A stretch of DNA of 63,447 nt, counting the filler, from Choristocarpus tenellus KU-1152 (taxonomy: Eukaryota > Protista > Phaeophyceae), in assembly GCA_964200185.2 (NCBI GenBank). It is 9 parts of 9 records of this genome, joined end to end, with 100 filler letters (N's around TTAATTAATTAA, not from the genome) between each part and the next. Parts side by side here need not be neighbours in the genome. Positions count along the whole stretch, not along the records: positions 1 to 20,076 come from CAXNAD020000418.1; positions 20,177 to 27,932 come from CAXNAD020005635.1; 7 more parts are not named here. The stretch is one strand, 5' to 3'. Numbering within the stretch: the first letter of the stretch is position 1; each line of letters starts with the position of its first letter. Shown piece by piece: positions 13,201-25,275 of this stretch. Both the position numbers and the translations under genes were made by a program. Under the pieces are notes generated by a model. That model was not told the origin of the DNA. It worked only from the letters and a program-made list of their open reading frames with translations, and did not search any database.

Positions 13201-14720
13201 GCTTTGCCCCAAGCACGCTAAGGGGAAATTCACACCTCCTCTGAACCACTATGCCCATCCAGGACAAATGCATGGCAAATGCAAACATATATGCTTTGAA
13301 TATACTTCAAAGAACTGGGGACTATATACTGTGCTGGAGTAAATTGGCAAGAGCATCGTATATCACGCACCACCGGCCAGTGCCACTGAGTTTTGAACCT
13401 AATAGTCCATTGTCACTTCTTCTCGTGGTGGTCAGTTAATTCCACTATCACAACTCTTGTGGATTGTAAATACTTCCATTAATATATATAGGTGCATCTT
13501 CAATCCTGCGAAATAAAAAATTGAATTGCAATGGCCCACACATACTTTGTCGTTCAATCAATCCCGAACAAGTGTTATTGTGACTGTGATTCAAGTGAGC
13601 CAACAAATGTTAACTGTGGTTTTCCAAAGTATGAAGGGCTCCTTCTCTTCCCCCCCCCACCTGGGGTACTTACTCTGGTTGGGTCATAACCGTGTACAGT
13701 ATCTTGCCTTTTCAGATTAGTTTGAGCCTGGGTCTCCTATTCTTGGCTCCTCCTATTACTAGATGGTTCCCAGTTATCAAATGCAGTATTCATAATAATC
13801 CGTCCGGCATTTAGTTGCGACACACTCTAACTATCAGCAAAGGTGGCCACAGATGACGCAATTGAAATCCTTTCTTAACGTAGTTGACTAACAACAAATA
13901 CACAAAGTTCGTATTATGGCATCCGTTTACAGCAGGGTGGAAAAGAGAAGATCGCTCGAACAGCATAAGTTTAAATTATTCCGTACCTCTATCCATACGC
14001 TACTTGTGTCCAAGGCTTGATTTTGGCACTGAGAGTAATGCCATAAAAGAGGGGGGAGTCGTTGGGTTTTAGAAACCCTATGACTACCTTGTGGTACAGG
14101 TGTGTTGGCTGCGTTTTTGGCGTGGGCATGGTATATATTGCAAAATGTTCAAGATCCCCCTAAAACTCAAAAGGGGTCAAAATCGGCTCCGATGTACTCC
14201 ATAGTACATTTACCATGCAAATGACTAGCACATTAACATGCACATATTTATGTGGCTGCACACACTTCGGAATAACCCTTTCCAGTAGAAGTGCTCATGA
14301 CAGAGAAATAATTGTAAGCCGTGTGACACAAACAAGTTACTACTAGTGCTTCATGAAGTATAATAAAATTAAACGATTGCAAGCTTATAGCCTTGAGAAT
14401 AACACATCCAGCACAGGAAAGGTAGTAAGGTGAACCCTCTAAAAACTGAACATAATATAGCATTCATAGGTAGTCATTCCATTGGTGATACACTGAAGTG
14501 TACGTAAGGAGTTTTCATTTTGTATCACAGTGTCATGCACCTATGTTCCTTTCTCAAAATATATATCAAGTCTTGTTACGAACATCGGTGTATGAGTGCT
14601 GGCATCAGTTTCATTTACTGCCTTCAACACCAAATAGAGATATAAGACAGAGAGTAGAGTACGGTCTGTGATTCTCATCCGTGCCTCCACCACTACAATG
14701 TGCATGCTTTTGAAGGAGTA
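10230..14720 (-). pseudogene. Unit 1 of a ~5.3-kb tandem duplication; decayed spliced gene or element of unknown family
   Basis: Collinear anchors with unit 2, e.g. CGCAAGAGGTGATGGGTGATTTACGGTT (about 10387 / 15747), CAACAACAGCGCAGGTACA (about 11745 / 17093), GATGTGCGTCGTGGAGAGCAC (about 12071 / 17404); synonymous differences in minus-strand frames. Confidence 0.6.
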
Positions 14721-15574
14721 CTGAACGAGGTCCATCATGTTCTACTGGGGGTGATCCCCAAAATTTCTCCAGACACCGAACTTTATAATATAGAGAAAAA
14801 CGGTCCTAACTTCTCAAAAGGTATATTTTTCTTCCCACTTTTCTTATCTTACTGCCATCCACTTACGTTGCAAAGAGTACTTGGCAAGTGACTTCATCAA
14901 AATGTAACTATTTTGTGGAGGTTTCCCCCTTTATCGATACATGATGCACCCCTTTACTTTAACGGCACCCATGAGAAAAATTACATTCAAAATAGGAACA
15001 TCATACAGGATATATCCACCATTTGGTTTGTCCTATTTCCCAAATTGTACTTTGTAGACAGGCAATGGAAATGGGTGGTGTGTCTTAGTGGCATACTGCC
15101 TATGACTTACCATATAGTATTCGAAGGCCCCAACATTTTATTAGTCAATTTTTGTTTGTTGAAATGGTGGCAATTCAGGTTCTTGTGTTGTGTATTGTTG
15201 TATCCTTATTAGTGACGTGGTTCAATACCTATCTTCGAAGCATTTGCATGATGAACTGGCAAAGAGCCACCATGTATCGAAGGGAAGAAATTGAGAGAGA
15301 TGCCTCTCCTTACTTTTTAGAGGTATGGGGTATGAGGGAGGATATCTATACTAGGAAGGCGACTCATTTGTAGTTCAGTGTAGAGCAACCTTTAAGGAAA
15401 CCCGTGGAAATGTCTGAAAGCTTTTGGTGTCACAAGGCGAGACGTAGTAACACAGGATCGGGGTTGTGTTACATTTCCCTTTTACATATTTATCATATTG
15501 ACCACAAATAATAATAATCTCACTCACTTCATCCATACATCATTCTCGATTACTCGGAGATCGCTCGAAGAATA

Positions 15575-18500
15575 AAAAGAAACAAAATATAATAAGAATA
15601 TATTGAAACTTGGAGAGAAATCGTAAAAAAACAACGTCCAAACAACTATTTTAAGTATTGAACCCCCACAAAAACAACTCGGAGCTTCAGGGTTTCATGA
15701 CAGGAAGGTGTACCTGCCTTGCGAAGCGAAGAATCAAATGTGCACACGCAAGAGGTGATGGGTGATTTACGGTTGCGATTGGGGGATTCAATGGTAGCAT
15801 TACCCACCCAAATTATGAATCCCATTGCTACATTTCGTTTACCCAACTGTAGGGATGGGGGGCAACGTGGCGTTGGTGGATGGTCCTTGTTTGACCCCGA
15901 CGTTTGGCTGGCTGTGTTCATATCTCCTACTATGAGTATTCCCTCTGCTCTAATGATGTTTCTCTTTCGCCTTGTGATCATTTCTCTTCCAATGAACCTA
16001 CAATAGAGAAATGTCTTACCGAAATTTATTCCTGTTCATTTCGATCTCAACTTAGAAACTATTGTTGCTCAACATCTCGTCCGGAAAAAAGGCAACCCGC
16101 AGAACGAGCTGCTTGGAATTCTTGCCGAATATGAAGGAGTGACTAACACATTTATTTCAACACCTCCTCTCGATCCCTACAAAGCATCAACTTCTGCGTC
16201 CACATCGCCCCATCTGGAGTAGAGTATAGATTTGAACCGCATGGTAAACTATAGTCCCATAATTGTAGCTCTTATATACTCCCAGTCGTATTGAGCCCTC
16301 CGCAGAAAGTTGTTCTCCTTCGACGGGGTCGCTCGTCAGCATTTCTTCATGTTGAACCACACGCTCTCCACCTCTGTGGACTAAATTATATTGTAAATGG
16401 CGTCTGCTTTCTTACAGCAAATTGGGCTTGAGCGTTTTTGCTTGATATACCAAAAGGAAGGTGCTGATTAGGGACCCGATGTTCTATGAAGAGTAACCAA
16501 TTTTAATCACTGCCACGAGTCTGTTAAGTAAAGAGAGCATTGTGTGTCCAACTTTGAGGCTACACAGCGTCTGCATACTGGGTCCAAATTTTCGGACTGC
16601 GCCTGTCATGACTAATGTTTGATATCAGTCGTTTGTCCTTCGGTGACATGACGTTCAAATTCAACTCCGCATACCTCTTTGGGGGTATGAATATCTCATC
16701 ATTCACTGCAAGCTTTTGCCTTGATCTTAGCTTCTTACTGCATAAGTTGTCCAGATCTGGCGGAACATCATGTTCTTCCTCAAAAGCATGTGTCTTTTTC
16801 TGTGATCGCCGAGACAAATAATCGGACCTTAGTTGAATTTCTCTGATGATAGTGTTATGACCAAACGAAGTAGCCACCAGAGCAACGCTAGAGGCAGGAG
16901 CCCGCACAGGACAAGGGTGCTGATATTGGACTAGTAGGGCATACTATTTCGGTCCGTTGCTATCTTACTGATTCTCCGACTCCCGTCCCTCCCACACACG
17001 AATTGCCAGGCACCGCACAGGTGAGAACAAGACGAACGACAAAGCACCAAACAAGGGGGCATACAAGAATGCGGAGGCTAAAGCAGTCAAGCAACAACAG
17101 CGCAGGTACAACTCCCCCTTCTCCTAAGTGTAACTTCCTGTGTACAACAACAAAAAGGAACACGTGGAACTTGAAATGACACAAAATACTTGAAAATCTA
17201 TATGGTTGTCTATTCGCGTTTCTCTCCATTGAAAACTCTGGCGACTACTGATGCTTCATAATGTTCTGTCGAGCATTTGAAACTGGTGTCAAGCATGTTA
17301 ATTTGATAACCGCACAAGCAGAGAGTGGATGAGTAGACTAGTACCATCACGAGGGTTGCTTGTATTAAAGGTAGCCTAGCACTATGGAAACCCTGCCATA
17401 TATGATGTGCGTCGTGGAGAGCACTGATGATACCTTACCCAAATTATACCACAAATACCAAGTTGTATGACGTGCAAAAGGTGTGGTGTAGAGCCTTGCT
17501 GTGGAAACGTCATGACTATCATTGTGGCATGTGTTCCGTTGATTTTGTGCTTCTTGCTGGATGCATACAAATGCACAGATTTTGCGGTGAAAACAATGAC
17601 CTAATGCCTTCAAGGTTCTATGTAGTAGGTACTGCTCTGGAGTAACAACTAGATATCCCCAGTCTGGTGCACTAGGGAGGACATGGTAGTATGTTCTAGG
17701 GCTTACTCAAACTCTGGATGTGGTTGGGAATGTAGAGGATTTGGTCCGAAGTATTGGAGGGATTTGACTGGGTACCTAAGAGGCAGTGGACAGTGCTTGG
17801 GCATGTATTGTGGGGGTGGTGTGAGGGGGGTTTAGAGTGGGAATCAGTGGGCAACTCTGTATGATATACCTGGGCGTTACCCTGCTATATTGCACTGTTC
17901 TGAACATGCTTGCAGAGAACAAGTATACGGTTTGATATGGTGTGATTGAGTATGACCATCACAGTTATATGCTTTGGGGAATGAGAAGTATGCCAAGGAG
18001 GCTCAGCCTTTGAGACAGAGGCAGTCGCAGTTCAACCCATTTGGGATCCCTGTCAGAGGTTGAGCAGCTAATGTATGCAAGCTGAGGAGAGGATCAGGCC
18101 GGGGAGAGACAGTGAGGAAACAGCAGGGATTCATGATGTGTTGGACGAGTTGTTTGTCTTGAGCACCAGAGGGAACAACACAAAAAGATACTTACGACTA
18201 GTTGCTAGTGAGAGCTGATGCAAAGAAGTAGTGTTCCGGAGTACTACATGATGTGTGACACTATTCTGAGCTGCACCTCAAGGCAACGATAAAATTATGC
18301 CTGCAATTGGAGTGCTGTAGGGGCAGTGCCCCTCAGTTTTCAACCTCAAAAAGAGGGAGAAACAAGTCGATCTGGGTGGCACTCATCTGTGCTGTTCTCA
18401 AGAGGGAGAGAGCATTGTTTGCGCATGTATGGAGGAACAGGGGTAAATAACTACCTCACCAACCTGTGAAAAAAATCTCCAACAGGATTGATTGTGCTAC

Positions 18501-19830
18501 TATTCGTTTGGGAACACACAACCTGATTGGATGCGGAGCATAAAGTGCAGTTTCTGTAGCGTTTAACCTTCCATACAACAGAGCATTGCACTTGAAAGAA
18601 TATCATTACATCTTCTGCTCAGGGACGAATCGATTAATCAGGTCGGTGAAACTCACATCTTACCCGAATTTACTAATATGGGCATTAGGCAGAAACTTGT
18701 GACACACGAAGGCATATATTTTGAGCAAACTATCTCAGTACAGAGTATAATTGAATGTTCTCCAGTATGTCGGTAAGAGCATCACACGCCATATGCAACT
18801 GCCCAGTGTAACTAAATTTTGAGTCCAACAATCCCTTGTTACTTCTTCTGGTGATGATTTAACGCTATCTTCACAACTTTAGGAGATTTGTATACAGTAC
18901 TGTACACACGTGTGCATCCTGAATCCTGTGAAAGAAAACACTGAAAGGCAATGGCCCATATTATTTTTGGTCAATTATTGCATATGAATAGTACTGTGAT
19001 TGTGGTTTTTCCACCTCTAGAGTATTTGCCTTGAGTGGGCCTTGACAGTGTGCCATTGCTTGCCTTTGGAGTGTGGGTTGACCTTGGGTCTCCATCTCTC
19101 GATTACCTATTCTCAACTACTTGCCAGTCGTTCAATGGAGAATGCCTAACCAGTGTTCACTCATGAGACGCTCTGCCCCCCTCAAAGGGTGGTTCCTGTT
19201 GAAACCATTGATCATCTCTGGATGTAGTTGACTAACTCTACATACAGTTTATATTCTGGTGTCCAGATATTATTAGGAGAGAAAATAAGAGATAGCTTCA
19301 AGCGCCTGGGTTTGAATCATTTAACTCCGTAACCTAATCATTGCTCACACTCAAGCCTTGCCTTGTTGGAATGATGCGTAACTTAGCATGCAAAGGGCTG
19401 GCACCCCAATCAAAGCATAAACATATGCTTATGACTGAAATACATATGTTCCTTTGAGATACAAGTTACTACCAGTACTGGCTAAAATATAAAGTTCTAG
19501 AGTAGAATGAAACAATTACAGGATTAATCAGAATAAACGTATCCCATGTAGGAAAGGTTGCAGGGTGAATACACCCTACTGAACGCAGTGCGGCATTTAA
19601 TAGGCCATATATTGCTTGTATACACATGTAATGTTTCGGCAATGCCATCAATGTTCTTATCTTTTATTTTTAAGTCAAGCATATATCGCAAACCTCGGTA
19701 TCAAGAGTGCTGGCATCAGCTTCGTTAGTTGTCTTTGGGAGTAAAGAGAGAGAAGGCAGGGGGAGAAGAATATGACCTGTGATCCTCCCCCACCAGTTGC
19801 ACAGAGTATATTTCAACACATTTTGAAGGA
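15575..19830 (-). pseudogene. Unit 2 of the ~5.3-kb tandem duplication
   Basis: As unit 1. Peptide pairs: LHIRQQVKAARPAG / LHIRQEFQAARSAG, LDYICTKKL / LDNLCSKKL, KRYAEL / KRYAEL, TRRSDNGLLGSK / TRRSNKGLLDSK. Confidence 0.6.
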
Positions 19831-20076
19831 TGAAAATCAGTATTGGTCGTACTGTGCACCAATGAGCTAGTTCTCTATGACCACTGAGGATTCGGCATCT
19901 ATTTTATCTTTCCTCTTTCCAATTTGCTGCGGTCTAGTCTACATCCCGAACTGTATTGTAATTTTTTTGTATGGATATATTCTGTATTTCTTTGGAGCTA
20001 CTACTATACATGTAGCAGCCTGAAGACGGCTGTGGCACACAGATCAGGGTTAAAGTATCTGGGGGGGGGGGGGGGG

Positions 20077-20176
20077 NNNNNNNNNNNNNNNNNNNNNNNN
20101 NNNNNNNNNNNNNNNNNNNNTTAATTAATTAANNNNNNNNNNNNNNNNNNNNNNNNNNNNNNNNNNNNNNNNNNNN
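20077..20176. other. Artificial contig linker N44-TTAATTAATTAA-N44 (also at 27933-28032, 33285-33384, 36839-36938, 42540-42639, 48040-48139, 50821-50920, 56886-56985)
   Basis: Identical 100-nt structure eight times; the 12-mer puts stop codons in all six frames. Confidence 0.97.
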
Positions 20177-22472
20177 CCCTGGATACTACAAGTCTAGTCC
20201 TGGACATAAGCTTGAGAGTCGTGGACAACAGTATATCTTGGTTGGTATATCTGAAAATCAACCCCGTGGCACTTTCCGCGTCCTAGACTTCACTACAAAT
20301 CGTATCATTCAACGAGCTAACATACATTGGCACCCAACCAAGGATGGCAGAGTCCGTTTTCCAATTTCTGATTTAGACCGGCATCAAGATGATTTGGATG
20401 ACACTCCTGGATATATCCTTCCTCCCCATGCACGCAGAAGGACTACTGAAGATTTGGATGACACTCCAGGATACATCATCCCTTCACATGCAAGAAAACG
20501 AACTGGAGAAATCCAGGAGATGGGGGGTGAATGTAATGATGATGGAATCACCTGGATTGAAGGCGGACTAAGTGATGACACCTGCGATAGTGATGTACTT
20601 GTGGAGGAAAATGAGGACAGCATTGATGATGACAACGAGGCGGAGGAGAATGAAGACAACGAGGCGGAGGAGAATGAAGACAACGATGATGGTGATGATG
20701 ATGGGATGGATGAAGCCAAGGATAGCCAATGTGAAAGAGAACTACGACGACTCAGCATTGGAAATGGTGAAGATAACATCCTACCCCATCGCACCAGATC
20801 CGGCAATATTTCCGCCGAAGCTGCTGTTTTTGACATTTCAAATTTTTTATGACTCTTTTGTCTGTTTCCATAGAGACTATCCTTGCGATTTATGCGAGTG
20901 ATGATTCTATTCGAGTGTTAGCGGGTGAGCACCCTCCAGAACCCAAGACTGTAAGAGCAGCATGTAGCTCTCCCGAATGTGATTTATGGGATCGAGCTAG
21001 AGCTAAAGAGATGTCTGGTTTGTTACTGAATAATGTTTGGGTGGAGGCCGTATTACCCCCTGGACGCAGGGCTATAGACACTAAATGGATTCACAAACGT
21101 AAGACTAACAAATTTGGTGAGGTAGTTAGATACAAGGCACGTTTGGTAGCAAAAGGTTTTCGACAGATTGAGGGTTTAGATTATCAAGAAACCTTTGCAC
21201 CAACACCGTCCCCTGCATCTTTGAGAATGGTTTTAGCTTTAGCTGCAGACAATGGTTGGGAATTGAAACATTGGGATGTTAAGCAGGCATTTATACAAGC
21301 AGATATTAGTTAAGAGATTTTTGTTCGTTTATGTGATGATGTGGTGTACGGTCTGGAAAGATTGTACTTTGTTCAAGGCTTTATGGCACCAAACAGGCAA
21401 GCAGAGAGTTTAATAATCTGTTGGTGCACGTTTTGGAAAAGTGTGATTTTGAGCAATGCAAAGCAGACCCTTGTGTGTTACGCTATATAAGAGATGGTGT
21501 TGTTTGTGCTGTGATAGCCCCCCACGTAGATGATCTATTGGTAGCTGGTAAAATTGATGTTTTGATTTGGGTTCGCTCTAGGATCCAAGAGCAGTTTTCC
21601 ATAGAAGATTTTGGTGATATTGAGTACTATATGGGTTGTGAAATTTCATGTGACAGAACTGCACAGACTGTCACCATTAGTCAGACTAGGAACATTAAGA
21701 GTGTTTGTCAAAGATTTGGTATGGATGGGGCAAACAAGAGGTCAGTACCCCATGATTTCTCAAGGACTCTAGACAAGAGTGAGGATCATCCAAGTGTTGA
21801 TGAAAGTACACCGTACAGAGAAGCAGTTGGTAGTTTGATGTGGGCATCTGTTATGACCAGGCTTGATATTGCAAATACAGTTCATGAAGTTGCCAAGTAC
21901 AGTAGCAATCCCAAAGTCACACATTGGCGTGCAGTGAAATGCATTTTAGCATATTTGAATACATGTCCCAGTGCTGGATTGAGTTTTGATGGCTTTGATA
22001 CCGAGTGTGAGTTGAGTGCGTATGTTGATGCTAGTTATGCTGGAGACTGGAAAAATCGTAGATCAGTGACTGGAGGAGCAATCATGTTAGCAGGAGGAGC
22101 AATATCTTGGATGTCAAAGGTACAAAGAGTTGTAGCTCTGTCTTCCACAGAGAGTGAATACATCGCTCTTAGTAGTGTCGCACTGGAATTACTTTTCTTG
22201 AGAAGTGTTTTTGAGTTTATTCAGCCACAGTTTCCTAGGCGTTGCATTGAATTGTTTGAGGATAACGATGGTGCATGCAAACTAGAACGAAATGCCACAA
22301 GCTCTACTAGAACAAAGCACATTGATGTCCGATATCATTTTCTGAGGGATTTGTCTAGAAAAGGAGAGATTCGTGTTGTTTTTGTTGGTACTGCAAATTA
22401 GAGGGCAGATGTCTTGACCAAGAATTTGCCAGTCCGAGTTTATAGACAACAAAGTTTTTGATGAACATGTGA
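20177..22472 (+). mobile_element. Ty1/copia retrotransposon pol, 3' part (integrase C-terminal SH3-like region, RT, RNase H), pseudogenised
   Basis: HKLESRG..ILVG; EPKT..A; AIDTKWIHKRK..YKARLVAKGFRQIEGLDYQETFAP; WDVKQAFI; HVDDLL; PYREAVGSL; YVDASY; ALSSTESEY; EDN; RTKHIDVRYHF. Frameshift near 20850, stops at 21311 and 22399. Confidence 0.97.
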
Positions 22473-22542
22473 CACAACATGTGTGTTTTGTTTTTTGTTG
22501 TGATTGTTTGAGAGTTAATGCTTGTTTTCAGCAAGGGGAGGA

Positions 22543-23001
22543 TGTCCAATAACCTAGTGTTATCCTTACGTTATCTATGCTGATCCAAGTAAACAACATA
22601 GCATATATGTACGTTGATCTTTAGTTTAGTACAATACAAGGTAGTAACGTACAGAGCGGTATGTTATGGTAAGTTAGTGGGACATTACAAATGGTATAGT
22701 GGGACAATAGCATCAAGTGGACAATACCTTATGATAATTAATAATTCAGTGTGTGCTTTACCATACAATTCAACTGCTAGCTTTCGGCGACGAGCCTTAC
22801 GTGCGCCAAGCTTTTCACCAACCCGAGGAAGTGGGTAGCTCCTGCTGTTCATAGATAGTACTGCTGATACACATAGACACCACCGGTGGATTAGATAATA
22901 GGATGGAGAGCCAGTGACAGATATACTAATATGTACTGACTCATAGTGTTGATTGGTTTTTATATCATGTTCAAGATACACTTCCTATTATTGTTAAGAC
23001 A
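22543..23001 (+). repeat. Probable 3' LTR of the copia element
   Basis: Polypurine tract AAGGGGAGGA (22533-22542) immediately followed by TG; 3' end uncertain (CA at 22980 or GACA at 23001); 5' LTR not in this contig. Confidence 0.55.
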
Positions 23002-24284
23002 AGTAAATAAGTGATTCATAGTAAATTAGTCAGGACGATTACAAACCCCACACTGTAGAATAATAATATGGTGGTTTAGGCTAGTCTCATCCGCATCCTC
23101 AGTCAGCGGAATCGAGAACATAAAGGCCCTTGTAATATTAACTTTGTTCATCTACATCAAGCTGTTCCTTGTCCTTCACTAAAGCACCATAAAAGCCGCG
23201 GGTCAAGTGTGGGATAGTTCAACACCTGCATGCATCGACTCACAGAATGAAATTCCGCCACTTTGCAAAGAGCATTTCCGAGAAACAAACATGGGGGCCA
23301 TGAAGGCCTGGATGCTGATGGCACAAGCAACAGCCATGACAGCAGACTTCATTGTCTTTGAGATTGAGTTGTGCGAGTGTTGATAATAGGTCGATTTGCT
23401 CTGGTGTGCGGAAGTTGGGGTGTGTGGGTTGTGAAGGTAGGTCCTTCTCCTCTGTGTAAAATTGGCTAAGGTGTGCCCTGTTTTGTGTATGTGGGATTAT
23501 GGCATTGGATTGAATCCATGTGATGTAACTAATGAGAAAACACATCCGAATCATGTATGGGGTTTGTTGTTGCTATTTAACTACTCTGAAATAGCCGTTG
23601 GCTTGTGTAGGGGACACAAAATAATAGTAAACAAGCAATAAGAAGACAGACACCCCACAAGGTCACTCTTCTAATTTCATCCACCCATTGTTTTCACGTT
23701 CAGAAAAGGGGATGGTATGAGGCTCCACACCTTCATGTCTTCACTACTGATCAAATCGCAATACCTTCCGAGGTTAGTTGCACAGATTATGAACATAGTA
23801 GTATGGAGGCCAATCTGAAGAAACTCGCTATCTGGATGGGGGCGGCAGGACGGTCATTGATTGGAGACCTGGTCCACTTGGAGGCTGTTGTTGATAGGCC
23901 ACGCTGGGGGGAGAGGATTGTGCGAGATCACACTGGGGGACTATGAAGTCCTGAAACTCCCACGACCACTTCAGAAGCAGCAGTGCGCACGGCACATGCC
24001 ACCTACATCAAGAACAACAAGTCCAGCTTATCAAAGCAACAATGGGGTCAACATCGGCAGTTGTAGCCAGACTGAAAACGAGGTTTAGCCGGATGGCAGA
24101 AGGGCTTGGTCAGAGCTACAAATGGTCTATGGAGGACGAGTGGAGGACGAGATCCCCGTGCAGCTCATTACACTGGAGGCAAAACTTAAAGAACTCCTGT
24201 GCACTGCACCACAGGACGCCACAGGTTTTGTAATCAAACTTGAGCGGCTATTTGCCGATTTCGAGCAAGTAAATGAAGCAAAAT

Positions 24285-24350
24285 GAGTGAAATTATCTTA
24301 GAGGGTACGAGGTTTGCCCTGTTTGTCCGTTTGGGGCTTGGGGCTTTACA
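24285..24350. mobile_element. Truncated MITE family A end inside copia gag
   Basis: GAGTGAAATTATCTTAGAGGGTACGAGGTTTGCCCTGTTTGTCCGTTTGGGGCTT matches the left end of the copy at 3426. Confidence 0.7.
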
Positions 24351-25095
24351 ACCTGGTTGTGAGGAGAAACACCATGTGAACGTCTGACGGGCAAAACCAT
24401 CAACTATGATTGACTTTGGGCTTGGGGGAGCGAGTCCTACATCCACCAAGAGAAACAGCAGAGGGGAGCTGGTTCAAAGTTCTACCCGTATCCTAAGTGA
24501 GGGATCATCATGGGCCACGATCGTACATCACTTTGTTGGTACATCTGACTTCCTCAAGAGGTCAAGTTGGTGACCTCAGCCCAAGTGACGTTCGAGTCAG
24601 ATGAACACACCATGGAGTTTGTGGGGGAGCGAGAGACCATGACTTAGACCGACGATGACGATATGTCCACCAATGATGAAGACTTGGATGGGGATTTTGA
24701 TAGTGCAATTGATCCGATACCCCGAGCAATAGACACGAGCAAGAACTCGAGAAGTTCACCTACTGAGCAATGGAGATCAATCAGGAGAGCTGAACAACCG
24801 AGGGTGGACTACAGGGGTTTACACACTGGAGATATTGACGAAATGGGCGGGAATATGGCCAATATGCTCCGACCAAACACGGACGACGCTTGCTGTTTGA
24901 TGGGCATGGCAGGTGACATCTCAATAGGTCACCACTGATCAGGAACCATCAACTACTGCAGAAGCCCTTGCAGGGCCTGATGCAGAGCATTGGCAAGAGG
25001 CAATGGTGCAGGAAATGGGATCGACAGGGGTACGGAATACCTCACCACCCGTGAGCCCGGGAATGGATCTGACCTCAGGAGAACTGAAGAGATGT

Positions 25096-25275
25096 GGCTC
25101 AAAGTATCTGTGGGGGGTGGCGGCTGTCCTTTTGGGTTCATTTTTTTACATGTCAGGAGTTTTGTGTCGTTTGGTTACATACGTCGGATGGATAATGTAA
25201 GTGCACTTTTCCTGGTCATGGCCCAAATGGACACCCTGGTGTAGACCCCCCCTTCCCCACCGGATACTTTGGGTC
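25096..25275. mobile_element. MITE family B, reverse orientation, inserted in copia RNase H region
   Basis: Termini GGCTCAAAGTATC / GATACTTTGGGTC; flanks TGT / TGA (imperfect 3-bp TSD). Confidence 0.85.

Noticed and set aside
15880-15905. GVKQG / GCRQG on the minus strand of the duplicated units as the LINE RT GVRQG motif
   Set aside because: No following PLSP.LF or YADD, and the synonymous-change pattern favours a different frame
20121-20132. Palindromic TTAATTAATTAA recurring eight times as a possible regulatory or recombination site
   Set aside because: Always centred in identical N-runs; an artificial all-frame-stop linker
20384-20836. Ser-rich 150-aa minus-strand ORF
   Set aside because: Antisense shadow of the acidic copia linker
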